Source of the DNA: Selaginella moellendorffii | Lineage: Eukaryota > Plantae > Lycopodiophyta | Assembly (NCBI RefSeq): GCF_000143415.4 | Contig: NW_003314268.1 | Location: forward strand, 263,117-327,116 | Length of the DNA stretch: 64,000 bases | Reading direction: 5' to 3' | Shown: positions 35,501 through 46,752 of the stretch, piece after piece | Layout of the letters: each line of letters opens with the position of its first letter | How positions within the stretch are numbered: the first letter of the stretch is position 1 | The notes under the pieces: model-generated | The model's database searches: none | What the model saw: the letters and a program-made list of their open reading frames with translations, nothing else | Told to the model about the DNA's origin: nothing | Position numbers and translations under genes: made by a program

Positions 35501-36718
35501 GAAACGTCCCAGCACAATGTTCGATTGTCCTTTGCAGAACTTAGTAGCATCGAACTATCACTTGGACACCAAGCCAGTGAAAGGATTCCTGTAACAAACA
35601 AATTTAGGCATGCAACGGATGGAACAAATCGCACCTTTTGAATGTCCAGTAAGAACTCGTGTCGGATGATTCGCTTTTCTCAAGTCCCAAGCCTACAGAG
35701 GTATAAAACTCAGAACAAAGGAAACAGAAAGCGAAGCTCTTACCTGTAAACAAGGCATATTGTCATCGTCAACTGCGACAATTAACTCGGTTGGAACTTC
35801 CGGATTCCATTGTAACGCAGAGTATCGCAGTTTCGATTGTGGATCTGAGAAGCTGAAGAGGAACATGAAAACAAGAAATCAAAGTAAGTTGGAACCTTAC
35901 CTCAAAACACTTTTTCGTTTCTTCAAGTCCCATACCACTGAAAAAGAAAACAACAGCAAATAAGGAAGACTTAGAATTCAGCGCCGAAAGTACCGCAAAC
36001 GCCTTCATTTGATGTTGTAGCAAAGATATGAGAAACCTTCCGGTTCCATGAGAGGTGAGAAATCGACGATGCTCCTTTCCACTGTAGAGAAAATCATAGT
36101 ACTAGACTGGTTCTGAGTTTAAAAAGAAAATAGAAAAACCTGAAGCGGTGGACATGGCTTCGGGGCAGCAGTATCCGTGAGATCCCAGATGTAGACCGTG
36201 CCTTCAGCATCACCAGACGCAAGGAAATTCGGAGTGATCGGGTTAAACTCTAGCCCAACGATCTGAAATTCCACAAACAGGGTTGAAAATCGAGCAAAGT
36301 AACAAGAATGCTACCTTCTGTGTGTGCTTTTCTATCTTCGCCTCGGCGGCACTCTCCGTATTGCTCTGGAAATCGCTGCAAAGACAAATGTGACCTAGAG
36401 ATCTAGCGGTCGATCGCTGGCCTACCTTACAAGCGCGGCCGGATTCCAGATATTGATGCTCCCATCCGCCAGTCCGCCGGCCAGCAATCCCGCCTCACCC
36501 GCCCAGCTGAGGCGATTCAGCGGCTCGGCGGTGGCGCAGGATCCCACCAGCGGCAGCTCGACGTCGTCGCTGGCCAAATCGAGCTTGAAGAGCTCCAGGC
36601 ACGTCGACGAGCTGAGCGAGGAATCCAGAGATCCGGCGACCGTCCCCGCGGCGATGAGATTCTCGCTGGGGCTGAACGCTGCTATGGCCGAGCGCGAGAT
36701 CGTCTTGACAGCCGCCAT
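32575..36718 (-). CDS. SEC31: COPII coat protein SEC31
   Basis: WD40 N-terminus (LIAAGTVAG), [44 protein letters not shown], a Pro-rich region and the C-terminal [20 protein letters not shown] domain; many short introns. Confidence 0.93.
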
Positions 36719-36843
36719 GGCTCCGCTCGCTCGCTCGCTCGCTCGCTCCTCACAATAAGCCCTAGATCGCGAAGCCTCGATCAAATGCCGTCGATGCCAT
36801 GGACGGCCCATGATAACATTCCAGAGAATATCCTCCTACCTAG

Positions 36844-37301
36844 CTACATTCTTCTCTCGTTGCTGGGAGTCGAACCAGGCTCGTCCTTTGGCGCGTTTGG
36901 GAAGAAGGCGATGAAGAGGAGATTGTTAACGATGGTGATAAGGAAGAGAATGGCAGCGAATTTCAAGAAGAAGGCACTCTCCACCTCGGGGAACTGCGCG
37001 ACCTCCAATTCCTTGTCGGATTTTCGTGGCGGCGGAGGAACTGATCGAAGCAAGCAAGCAACATCGATAGCATTGAGCATTTCGATCGAAGAAATCTCTT
37101 CTTCCTCTTACCGGAAGAAATTCTTGGAGGAGATCTGGTGGACGAGAGGCCCTCGAGCTGATTGTCGAGCTGCTGGAGCTTAATCTTGCGCTGTTCTTCA
37201 TCGCTTTTGCTGCAACACCGCGCTGCTAATCCTCGCCTCCTCCTCAAGAGCGAAAACGCTGCTATCCTTGGAATCGCTACTAGCGTTACGAGCGACGCCA
37301 T
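36844..37301 (-). CDS. Small putative plastid protein with one C-terminal TM helix (2 exons)
   Basis: Transit-peptide-like N-terminus; GTAAG..CAG intron at ~37041-37111; hydrophobic FFLKFAAILFLITIVNNLLFIAFF. Confidence 0.6.
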
Positions 37302-37465
37302 GGATGGATTAAACTCCGATTTGCTGCGGAACAACGTTTGATTTTGTTTGACTTAATATGGACGATGGATGGATGCTGAAAATCTAACCAGAAAGATCCA
37401 TGAATATAAAGAAAATTCTCAATTTTTTCTTTATTAATAATAAGAAAGCATTTTACAAGAATCAT

Positions 37466-37539
37466 TGGCCCATGCAGGTCTCGAACCTGCGACCTTCGCG
37501 TTATTAGCACGACGCTCTGACCAACTGAGCTAATAGGCC
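37466..37539 (-). tRNA. tRNA-Ile(AAT)
   Basis: GGCCTATTAGCTCAGTTGGTCAGAGCGTCGTGCT-AAT-AACGCGAAGGTCGCAGGTTCGAGACCTGCATGGGCCA folds as a cloverleaf. Confidence 0.95.
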
Positions 37540-37637
37540 TCACATGACAACATTGTCAAGTTTCAGCTTACAATGCATCGCAGATAGCTAATTTATGGTT
37601 TGTAGAAATATTAGTAATAATGTTTATAACAACTAAA

Positions 37638-37709
37638 GGATCCGTGGCGCAATGATAGCGCATCTGACTCCAGATCAGAAGGCTGCGTGTTCGAATCACG
37701 CCGGATCCA
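37638..37709 (+). tRNA. tRNA-Trp(CCA)
   Basis: GGATCCG..TCTGACT-CCA-GATCAGA..GTTCGAATC..CGGATCCA with a downstream T-run; D-loop reads GA instead of GG. Confidence 0.9.
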
Positions 37710-38555
37710 AAGAGAATTTCTTTTTGTCTTCCTCCATTCGTTCTATAGAACCTCATTTTTTCTCTCGTATGGATCATCGCACCAACAAACATCTGATCCA
37801 CGAGCGCGATGCTCATGGCAATCCCAATCGTAGCTTAGCAGCAGCAGCAGCCCATCACGCAGTAGCGCCCACAGCATTTGCGCGCCATCCGAGCAGCACA
37901 CGAGCATTCTTTCCGCGATCGCGGGTGAGCTCCCAGACCTCCAAGAACAAGCCACTCCCCCCAACCAAAGCCACTCGATTCCCACACTGGAGTAGCTCTT
38001 TGGGCTCGAAAGTCCAGGTGAGAGTCGAGGTGAAACGAGAACAAAGCCACGAATCGTCTCACATGGACTCCATGGAGTAAGCGATCACCCTCCTGCCGGC
38101 CAAATCCAGCGCGTACCGCACAAGGTGCTTGCCACCACCTTCGTCAAGCACACTACCGTCCTCGAGCTTGAGATACCGCTTCACCTCCCACGAATCCAAT
38201 CGATCGTCGGACATGCTCTCGATCCTCGCCAGCTTGAATACGTGCTCTGTAGCGACGACAACCGTGAAGACTTCCAGGATCCCGACCCCTCTGAAAGGGG
38301 AGAGGTTCCTGGGAGGATCTTCGTCGGCCGAGGCAGCAGCGCACACAAATGTGTGATCTGGAGCATCCACAAGCCCAGCGAGTTATTGAAGATCGCCAGC
38401 CTCGAGAGGGCTCTTGCTCGGGCTCGTGCTCGGGCTGGGGTCGGGAGGAACGCCACCCAGTGATCAATGGCGGGCTTGCAGGTGGCGGAGCACGTAGAGG
38501 GCTTCCATGGAGTCGTTGCTCAGCTAGAACCCTAACTAATAGAGGATTAGGGCTC

Positions 38556-39475
38556 CTACTGGAAGAAGACCCAGAGCAAATCTGGGAGGGTTTGCTTGGG
38601 GCGGATGAAAATCTTCAAGCTCTTCTCTAGCATCCCCGCGGCGGCGTCCAGCCCCTTGGCGCTCAGCTTGGCGCACAGCGACACATCCAGATACTCGAGG
38701 CGCGAGCAGCCGCGGGCAATGTGGAGCAATCCCTCGTCCGAGAGCTCGCCCCTCTTCATCTCCAGGTGCTTGATCCCGCGCAGGGATCGCGATAGCACCA
38801 GCGCCTCGTCGTCGTCCCCTCTGGCCAGGAGCTTGTTCCGCTCGATCCGGTCGCTGTTCCTCAGCATGTTTCGCTTGAGCCGGATCAGGCGCGGGCAGTG
38901 CCGCCCCAGGGCTTCCAATCCGGCGCTGGAGATATTGTAGCAGTCGCTGATGTCGATCGATGCCAGGAGCGGGCATTTGTACGCGAGCGTCATCGCCGAG
39001 GAATCGGTCACGCGGAGGCTGTTCCGGATCCCCAAGCTCACGAGCTTCGGGCACCTGTTGGATCGATCATCGAAAATTTTTCCAGTGTTCTTCCAAGGGA
39101 CGAGAGATCATACCTGTGAGCGATGTATTCCAGGGAGGAATCGCAGCAATGCATGGTGCGCAGGTCTTGGAGCATCCCGCGGCTCCGATCGACGACCTCG
39201 TGGATGATCCACTTGATCTGATCGTCACACTCGAACTCCCACCAGAAATCCTGCTGCACGCGCGCCAGGAACCACGGCTCTATGTCCACGCTCGTCCAGC
39301 AATGCGGCTCCTCCTTGCATGCCCTGTTCCATCTCTTGCAAACCAGTGGCGCGCTCAAGAATCTCTCCTCAAACGGCAGCCTCGCAAGGATCTGCGCCAG
39401 AAGATCGGGAAGTAGCTGCTCCCAGCAGGAGAAAGATTGCTCATCTTCCAGGCCATTTCCCTCCTCGTCGGTCAT
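38556..39475 (-). CDS. F-box/LRR protein (SKIP1/FBW2-like), 2 exons
   Basis: F-box WEQLLPDLLAQILARLP..VCKRW; Cys-type LRRs (CPLLASIDISDCYNIS, CSRLEYLDVSLC). Confidence 0.88.
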
Positions 39476-39548
39476 GATCTTGATCAAGAAACGACGCCAC
39501 TGCTATCTAGCCCGAGATTGGGAAGGGCATTGTGATTGAAATCTGCCG

Positions 39549-41270
39549 ATGGCGCTGCCGGCTGCCGCTACTCAGCATCTCGATCGCTCCCGGCGTCTCG
39601 ATATTTCGATCCAGCCAGCGATCACACCGGACCCCGATATTTCGATGAATCCGCTCGAGTCCCACCCGCGCCGTCGCCTAGATCTTGCCTGGGACCCGAT
39701 CAAGGAGCTCTTCGCCTGCATTCTTCGATGCTGTGGGAACGCTCAAGATCTGGCCAAAGTGCGCTGGATCCACGCCTGCATTCGTCGCAGCGATCGACAC
39801 CGCGACGATCCCGACCTCGCCAATCTCCTCCTCCAGATGTACGCCCGATGCCACAGCCTGGCCGACGCGCGCGCCGTCTTGGAATCGATGCGCGCCCCGG
39901 ACGCTTCCTCTTGGACGATTATGATCGGCGCCTGTGCCAAGAACGGGCATCTGGAAGATGCCGAGGGCATCTTTGCGAGCATGGCGAAGAAAAGCATCGT
40001 GAGCTGGAACGCGATGATCGCAGCGTACGCGATCAACGGCCAGATCGATGCCGCGCGGCAGACCTTCCACGCCATGCCACAATGGGACGTGGTATCTATC
40101 ACGGCTATGCTTGGGGCATATGCCCAACACGGGCATCTAAACGCCGCCAAGGCTCTTTTTGAAACAATGCCTGAGCGCAACGTGGTGACGTGGAACACAA
40201 TGGTGACGGCACATGGGGTAAGCGGAGCCGTAGATGCCGCTGAATCGACGTTCCAGAGCATGCCAGAGTGGAACCTTGTCTCGTGGAACGCAATGCTCCA
40301 GGCATATGCCGCGAATGGGAATGTAGATGCCGCGCAAGCCACATTCACAGCCATGCCAGTTTACAACATGGTATCATGGAATGCAATGCTGGGAGCATAT
40401 GCCCATACCTTCCATCTTGATGCAGCCGAGTCTACCTTCACCGCAATGCCCTGCCGAGACACAATCTCCTACAATGTCATGATCGCGGCATATGCCCAGG
40501 GAGGGCATATCTACGCGGCAAAGCGAGTATTCGACGCCATGGACGAGAGGAATCTCGTATCGTGGACAACGCTGCTCCACGCGTACGTCCACATCGGCCG
40601 TATTGAAGAGGCCAAGGGAATCTTTGACAAAATGCCCTCACGCAATATCGTGTCATGGACGGAGATGCTGCAGGGCTACTCGGGGGAGGGCCGTCTGGGA
40701 GCCGCCGAGGAAATATTCGATGAGATGCCACAACACAACGTTGTGTCGTGGACCGCGATGCTCCACGCATATGCCGGAAACGGGCATATGGACGCGGCAA
40801 AGGCTCTGTTTGATAGAATGCCACAAAAAAACAGTGTGTCCTGGACGACCATGCTCCAAGGCTATGCCCAAAACGGGCATATCGAGGGAGCCACGGCCTT
40901 GTTTAGGAGAATACCCGAGCTCGACGTTCTCTCCTGGACGACCATGGTGACGATCTTTGCTCACTCTGGCTCTGGCTGGATCGCCATCGAGTACTTCCGG
41001 ATCATGCTGCTCGAGGGTCTCAAACCCAGTAGAGTCTCGATCCTCAGCGTCATGGTCGCTTGCAAACACGTTGGTTTGGTCCGGGAAGGCTGCCGCTACT
41101 TTGTCTCCATGAGAGACGATCACGGGCTCTTTCCACTGGAGGAACACCACTCTTGCTTGATCGAGATCCTGGATCGAGCAGGCCAGTTCGAGACGTTGTC
41201 GAGCAGTAGCTTATTCAGTGCCAAGTTCTGCTCCTTGGTAAATGACGAGCTCCTCCAGCAGCTTCTCTAA
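39549..41270 (+). CDS. PLS-class PPR protein with long 31-aa SS-type array, truncated in the E region, no DYW
   Basis: Repeated 'A..F..MP..N.VSW.AML.AYA..G' motifs, then SVMVACKHVGLV..EEHHSCLIEILDRAG. Confidence 0.92.
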   Translation: MALPAAATQHLDRSRRLDISIQPAITPDPDISMNPLESHPRRRLDLAWDPIKELFACILRCCGNAQDLAKVRWIHACIRRSDRHRDDPDLANLLLQMYARCHSLADARAVLESMRAPDASSWTIMIGACAKNGHLEDAEGIFASMAKKSIVSWNAMIAAYAINGQIDAARQTFHAMPQWDVVSITAMLGAYAQHGHLNAAKALFETMPERNVVTWNTMVTAHGVSGAVDAAESTFQSMPEWNLVSWNAMLQAYAANGNVDAAQATFTAMPVYNMVSWNAMLGAYAHTFHLDAAESTFTAMPCRDTISYNVMIAAYAQGGHIYAAKRVFDAMDERNLVSWTTLLHAYVHIGRIEEAKGIFDKMPSRNIVSWTEMLQGYSGEGRLGAAEEIFDEMPQHNVVSWTAMLHAYAGNGHMDAAKALFDRMPQKNSVSWTTMLQGYAQNGHIEGATALFRRIPELDVLSWTTMVTIFAHSGSGWIAIEYFRIMLLEGLKPSRVSILSVMVACKHVGLVREGCRYFVSMRDDHGLFPLEEHHSCLIEILDRAGQFETLSSSSLFSAKFCSLVNDELLQQLL

Positions 41271-42764
41271 ATGCACTGGCACCGAGCGGGTGGCAATTGA
41301 GCGTTGGAGGGTCTTCTCCTGTCCCGAGCAATCGCCTCTCGAACACCCGGAAGCTTGGAGCGGACTTTCCTCCAGATCATGTTGACGGCTCCATCCTTGA
41401 TAGCAGCACCTCTGCCGCCGGGAAAACCATTCTCGTACTCGAAATGGTGCTGTAAACTAGCCAGGTTGTGACGCATCTGATTCCTGACCTTGCTGCTGAA
41501 GCTGCTCAGGTGCCGGACGAGCCACTTCGGCAGCAAAGCGTCGTGAACTGACACAAAGATGGCGAATTGCGTGTAGTCGAGCATGCCTTCGAACGGTAGC
41601 TCGATACTGTCGCTGACGATCACGGGTATGCACAGGCTTGCCACTGCATCGAACAGACGGCAGGAGCTGGGCGTGTCGCCGGCAGGGTGGAGGCAAAAGT
41701 GAGAGTTTCTCATGCCTTGGACTGCTTGGACCTGGCCTGTTCTGTTGGGAAAGCCTTCCTCTAGCAACACTCCGGGCTCGCCATCGAGAACACTCCATAG
41801 CTGGTCCCGAACAAGTCCAGTCTACGAGAGAAACAAAAGGAAGAAAAATGAGAAACCAAACACGATGTAGAACAATTAGATTACAATAAAAAAGTACGTA
41901 CTCTGTGACGATATCTTGCGCCCTTGAAGTAGAGAAGCGTGCTGCGAACGGCATTGTCTTGCGAGAGTGCTAGCGTTGGAAGAAGGTGAGTATATGGAAC
42001 GATGACATCTTTGATCAACGAAACCTGAGTGTGATAGATGGGCTGGGGACTGCTCAAATTTCTAGAGCTCTTTGCATCTTCCATGTACCAGCCACCAAAA
42101 TCCACAACCAGAAGGATGGAGTTGGCTATCTCGGCCCGGAAGTGGTACATGGCCATCGGATCTAATTCATTCATCCGAGAGTTTGGTAAAACGAAGATTT
42201 TGTTTGCGTAGGCCTACCTGTGAGAACGAAGACGTGATCTCTTCCACCCGAGCGTTGCCACCGCGAGGAGCTCGTCACAATCTCCATGACCGCCCTCTGC
42301 CTCTCGTAATCCTCATTATCCTTGCGGTGCCTGAAATGCCCCTTCCCATTCCTGAGCTGTGCCTCCGCGCTGAGCGCTGCGAAGAACGGCACGAACACCA
42401 CATCCGCCTGGTCTGGATCCAAAACCCTGCGGGCGAACGACGCATCGCTTCCCGCTTCCAAATCTCCCAGAATCCAATACTCCGCGCTGTACTGTCTGAC
42501 GAGAGGATCGTCAGGGTACGCCGGGAAAGCATCGATCTGGCTCACAGCACTCCCTGGATAGCTCCTCACCAGGCCGTAGTTGAAATCGCGAGAGAGATTC
42601 GCAATGTGGACGCCAATGCCGCCGCTCCAGCTCCGATCGTCGTCGACAGCTGCCCGCTTCAAAGAAAACCCCGATGGATTGGAGTAGAACAGGACGAGGA
42701 ATGTGATCTGAGACGCAACGATCGTGATCGCGGCGGAAGAAGCACCGCATCGGGGCAGCTGCAT
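41267..42764 (-). CDS. Exostosin-family glycosyltransferase (GT47, ARAD-like)
   Basis: QYSAEYWI, ADVVFVPFFAALS, WQRSGGRDHVF, KDVIVPY, FCLHPAGDTPSSCRLFDA; start codon uncertain. Confidence 0.9.
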
Positions 42765-43151
42765 TCGATTCGAGAGAAAGAAATAGGGAAGAACCCTAGA
42801 AAATATTTTGGAGTCCACTCCACGGACTTGAGAGCCGGATTCCAATTCGGCCGTGAGTCCGTACGCACTGGGTGTAAAGTCCATTCCATCCATCCACAGT
42901 CCCGTTTCGTCGTGGTCGGCCTCTCCAATATGCGATAATTTCTAGGGATTTTAGCCCCATTTCTTGGTTCCAAGAGTTCTAAACCCTCGCCCTGCCCAGC
43001 GGGGATCGTCGCGGCGCCGGATCTGGTGAGCTCCCCGATCGATACTCCTCTCCCACCTCCGTAATCTCGCTTCTCGAATCTCATTCTCTCCTCCGCCAGG
43101 TGAAAATCTTCCATTCCCACGCGCGGTGCCTCCGATCTGGATGCGCCAGTG

Positions 43152-44765
43152 ATGGCCGCCGCTGTAGGTATGGCGCACACCATGGTAGCGGGATCCGAGC
43201 CCACGGCGGCGACGAACACCAGCAGCAGCAGCAGCAATGGCGGCGGGGGAGGAGGAATTCCAGGTCGCGTGGATTGGGCAAACTGCCGCCGCAAGTCCGC
43301 GCACGTCGTCCTCTGCCCGCTCGTCCGCGTCGGCCATCTCAATCCGATGATGATCCTGGGGCAGAAGCTCGCGCAGATGGGGCTCTCGGTCACCGTGCTC
43401 ATCCCCGGGAATCGCCCGCTCCGCCGAGTCCTCAACAACAATCCCACCGACGGCCTGGACGTGCTGCTCGAGGTGCTGGACATGGCCGAGGACGAGGACT
43501 CCTGGCAGCCCAGCAGCCGATCCATCGCCACCGGCGCGCGGCGGCTCCAGGTGGATATGTGCGCCGTGGCCAGCACCATGTCCATGTTCCAGATGCACGG
43601 CGAGGCCCTCCGCCGCAAATTCGACGAGATCAGGCGCTCACCATCGCCGCCCGTGTACGCCGTGATGGATTACATGCTCTTCTCCTCGGCCAGCGATGGA
43701 TTCCTGGCCGAGAACGCCAGCCTCGTCCCGATCTGCGTCTTCTGCCCGATCTCCGCCGCCAGCATCATCTTCCATATGTCGGCCTCGCAGCAGACGCTCC
43801 CCTCCAAGCTCGCTGATGGGTTCGTCATCCCGGGGCTGCCACCATTCCGCCCACACGACATCTCCGACTACTACCGCGAGACGTCCCACGTCTTGAATCT
43901 CCTCTTCTCCGAGCACAGCAATCTCCTGGCCGAGTTCCATCGCCTCATGATCAACACCTTCTACGACCTCGAGAACGGCCCCCTGGACGTGCTCCGCCTC
44001 GACGCCAAGGCCACCAAATCCAAGGTCTACGCCGTCGGCCCGCTCCTCCCGCCCGAGTTCTTCAAGCTCGATCTGGCCAAGCCCACGGGCGATCGCGCGG
44101 TGGAGGAGATCAAGGAGCACCGCGATCGTCTCGTCAAGAGCGCCGACGAGCAGCGATGCAAGGAGTGGCTCGACGGCCAGCCGGAGACCTCGGTGCTCTA
44201 CATATGTTTCGGGAGCTGGATCTCGCTGTCGCGCGCCCAGATCTTGGAGCTGGCGGTGGGATTGGAGGCGAGCGAGCAGGGATTCCTGTGGGTGTTCTCG
44301 CGCGTCCAGGAGATGGAAGCTCTCCCGGAGGGATTCGTGGAGAGGATGGCGAGTAGCAACAAGGGCTTCTTCTACGTTGGCTGGGCGCCGCAGTTCGTCA
44401 TCCTCAGTCACTCCTCCACGGGCGCGTTCGTGACGACGTGCGCGTGGAACTCGGTGCTCGAGTGCATCTCCCTGGGCGGCCTGCCCATGCTGGCGTGGCC
44501 CATCACCATGGACCATCTCCCCACGTGTCGCTACCTGGTTGACGTGCTCCACGTGGCGGTGGAGGTGATTGGCGACGGCGACGAGCGTCTCGTGGGGCGT
44601 GCTGAGGTGGAGGCCGCGGTACGCGCGGTCACGGTCGGGGAGGAGGCCGCGGCGATGCGGCGGCGTGCCGCGGCACTGCGGCGTGCGGCGTGCGAGGCGG
44701 CGACGCAGGAGCCATTGCGGCCGTTTGTTACCGAGGTACTGCGCCACGCCCACCAGCCGCAGTAA
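43152..44765 (+). CDS. Family-1 UDP-glycosyltransferase, intronless
   Basis: HVVLCP..GHLNPM, INTFYDLE, WLDGQPETSVLYICFGS and PSPG box WAPQFVILSHSSTGAFVTTCAWNSVLE..AWPITMDH. Confidence 0.93.
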   Translation: MAAAVGMAHTMVAGSEPTAATNTSSSSSNGGGGGGIPGRVDWANCRRKSAHVVLCPLVRVGHLNPMMILGQKLAQMGLSVTVLIPGNRPLRRVLNNNPTDGLDVLLEVLDMAEDEDSWQPSSRSIATGARRLQVDMCAVASTMSMFQMHGEALRRKFDEIRRSPSPPVYAVMDYMLFSSASDGFLAENASLVPICVFCPISAASIIFHMSASQQTLPSKLADGFVIPGLPPFRPHDISDYYRETSHVLNLLFSEHSNLLAEFHRLMINTFYDLENGPLDVLRLDAKATKSKVYAVGPLLPPEFFKLDLAKPTGDRAVEEIKEHRDRLVKSADEQRCKEWLDGQPETSVLYICFGSWISLSRAQILELAVGLEASEQGFLWVFSRVQEMEALPEGFVERMASSNKGFFYVGWAPQFVILSHSSTGAFVTTCAWNSVLECISLGGLPMLAWPITMDHLPTCRYLVDVLHVAVEVIGDGDERLVGRAEVEAAVRAVTVGEEAAAMRRRAAALRRAACEAATQEPLRPFVTEVLRHAHQPQ

Positions 44766-45084
44766 AAAGTGGCGATCTACCTTTAATTCCGGGTGGTGGG
44801 TAAATTTCTTTCTTTTTTACCTTTTCATACCGGGCGGGGCAGCAGTGGAAAACAAATTTTTATGGGTATGATCTACTACGTCGAAAGGTTTCTACGTGAT
44901 TTTTTTCTTGCTTGCGAAGGTTTCTACGTAGTGTTTTTTTTCTTCTTCTCTTACGTGGGAGAGGTACTTAAGCATTTGCTTGCTTGGGGATTGGATCTTT
45001 TAATTTTTTCTTTCTTTGTGCCTTGGTTTGTTCTCTTGTTTATAATCCTCATCTCTTTATATGAGCGGTCTAGGGAGATCGGCT

Positions 45085-46723
45085 ATGGCTGCCGCCTCGT
45101 CGCAGCAGTTCGCAGGTCTCGCGCTCCCGCGCAATCGCTCGTCGACGGCGGCGTCGTCCCAGCGCGCAGCATTCACAAGAGCGTCGTGTTCTTCCTCCAG
45201 CGATCAAAATCAGGGTTCTTCGGTCGGCTGTGGTGGCAGGCGGAGCTTCCTTGGCGGCGCCGCTGCTAGCGCTGGCTTGGTGATCGCATTGCCGACGCTG
45301 AGGTCGTCCGCAGCCGAGGAGCAGCTGTCGCAATGGGAGAAGGTCCCGCTGCCGATTGATCCCGGCGTTGTTCTTCTCGATCTTTCCTTCGTTCCGGACG
45401 AGCCGAATCGAGGTTTGTATCGGTTAATGGCGCTGAATTTTCCGAAATATCGGTGTTCCTGGCAGGATTCTTGCTCGGGACGAGGCAAACGCTGCTGGAA
45501 ACCAAGGACGGTGGAAGATCGTGGTCTCCCAGGAGCGTTGCATCCGCCGAGGAGGAGGATTTCAACTACAGGTTTAATTCCATCAGCTTCAAAGGCAAGG
45601 AAGGATGGATCATTGGAAAGCCCGCGATTCTTCTCCACACATCCAATGCTGGCGAGACCTGGGAGAGAATTCCCTTGAGCTCTCGGCTTCCTGGCAATCC
45701 AGTTAAGTTCTAGCATCTAGAGAAGTGCTGTTCTTGGCGCTCTCATTCATACCTTCTTTTTGCTTTCCATTTCCAGGTGGTGATTCAAGCAACTGGAGAC
45801 AAGCAAGCAGAGATGGTCACCGACGAAGGAGCGATCTATGTAACATCCAATGCTGGTTACAACTGGAAGGCCGCAGTGGAGGAGACGGTCTCGGCAACTC
45901 TTAACAGGTAAAGAGAAGCATTTTTTTGTTCCTCTAGCGATTGGAAGTTTATTGAGTTGTGTTAGATGATCTGCCAGAACTGTGTCAAGTGGAATCAGTG
46001 GAGCTAGTTACTACACGGGAACTTTCAACACAGTGAATCGCTCACCGCAAGGTGACTACGTTGCGGTGTCTAGCAGGGGCAACTTCTATATGACCTGGGA
46101 GCCCGGCCAGGTAAATGGTTGTGATCTTAAGCTGCAAGTCACGATGTTGATCTGTTTTCGTGGTTCAGCCTTACTGGCAACCTCACAACAGGAGGAGTGC
46201 CCGACGCATTCAAAACATGGGATGGCGTGCTGATGGTGGTCTTTGGCTTGTTGTTCGTGGAGGTGGTCTCTACCTTGGGAAATGCTTGGGTGTAAGTTTC
46301 CTTCTCGTTTATCTTTCTTTTTTGATGTTTGATGTTTGATGTTTTAAAAAGGTGTGCGAGGATTTCGAAGAGGCCAGCATTCCAAGCAGGGGATTCGGGA
46401 TTTTAGACTTGGGATACCGGTCTAAGGTGTGAATGTCAGCACTGGAACGATAGAATTGAAAATGTGTTTTTGTTTTCTACCAGGACGAAGCTTGGGCTGC
46501 CGGTGGAAGTGGCATGCTGCTCAAGACAACCGATGGAGGAAACACTTGGAGCCGAGATAGAGTCGCGGACAGCATTGCTGCCAACTTATACTCTGTCAAG
46601 TAAGCTCTTCTCGCTTCTAAATTTTTTAATCTCACTTCCGTCTAAAACAATCACAGGTTCCTCGACAACAAAAAAGGCTTCGTGCTAGGCAACGATGGTG
46701 TTCTTCTCCGCTACCTCAGCTAA
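45085..46723 (+). CDS. HCF136: Photosystem II assembly factor HCF136/Ycf48
   Basis: Tat signal [61 protein letters not shown]. Confidence 0.96.
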
Positions 46724-46752
46724 GAATCTCCATCAAAACTATCAACTGGGCG

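Noticed and set aside
37835-38510. GC-rich minus-strand ORF fragments downstream of the F-box gene
   Set aside because: Frames do not join and no family was recognised; possibly a gene relic.
42659-44753. Long antisense ORFs (319 aa, 371 aa) over the UGT, and similar ones over the PPRs
   Set aside because: Shadow ORFs from GC-rich codon usage of the real genes.
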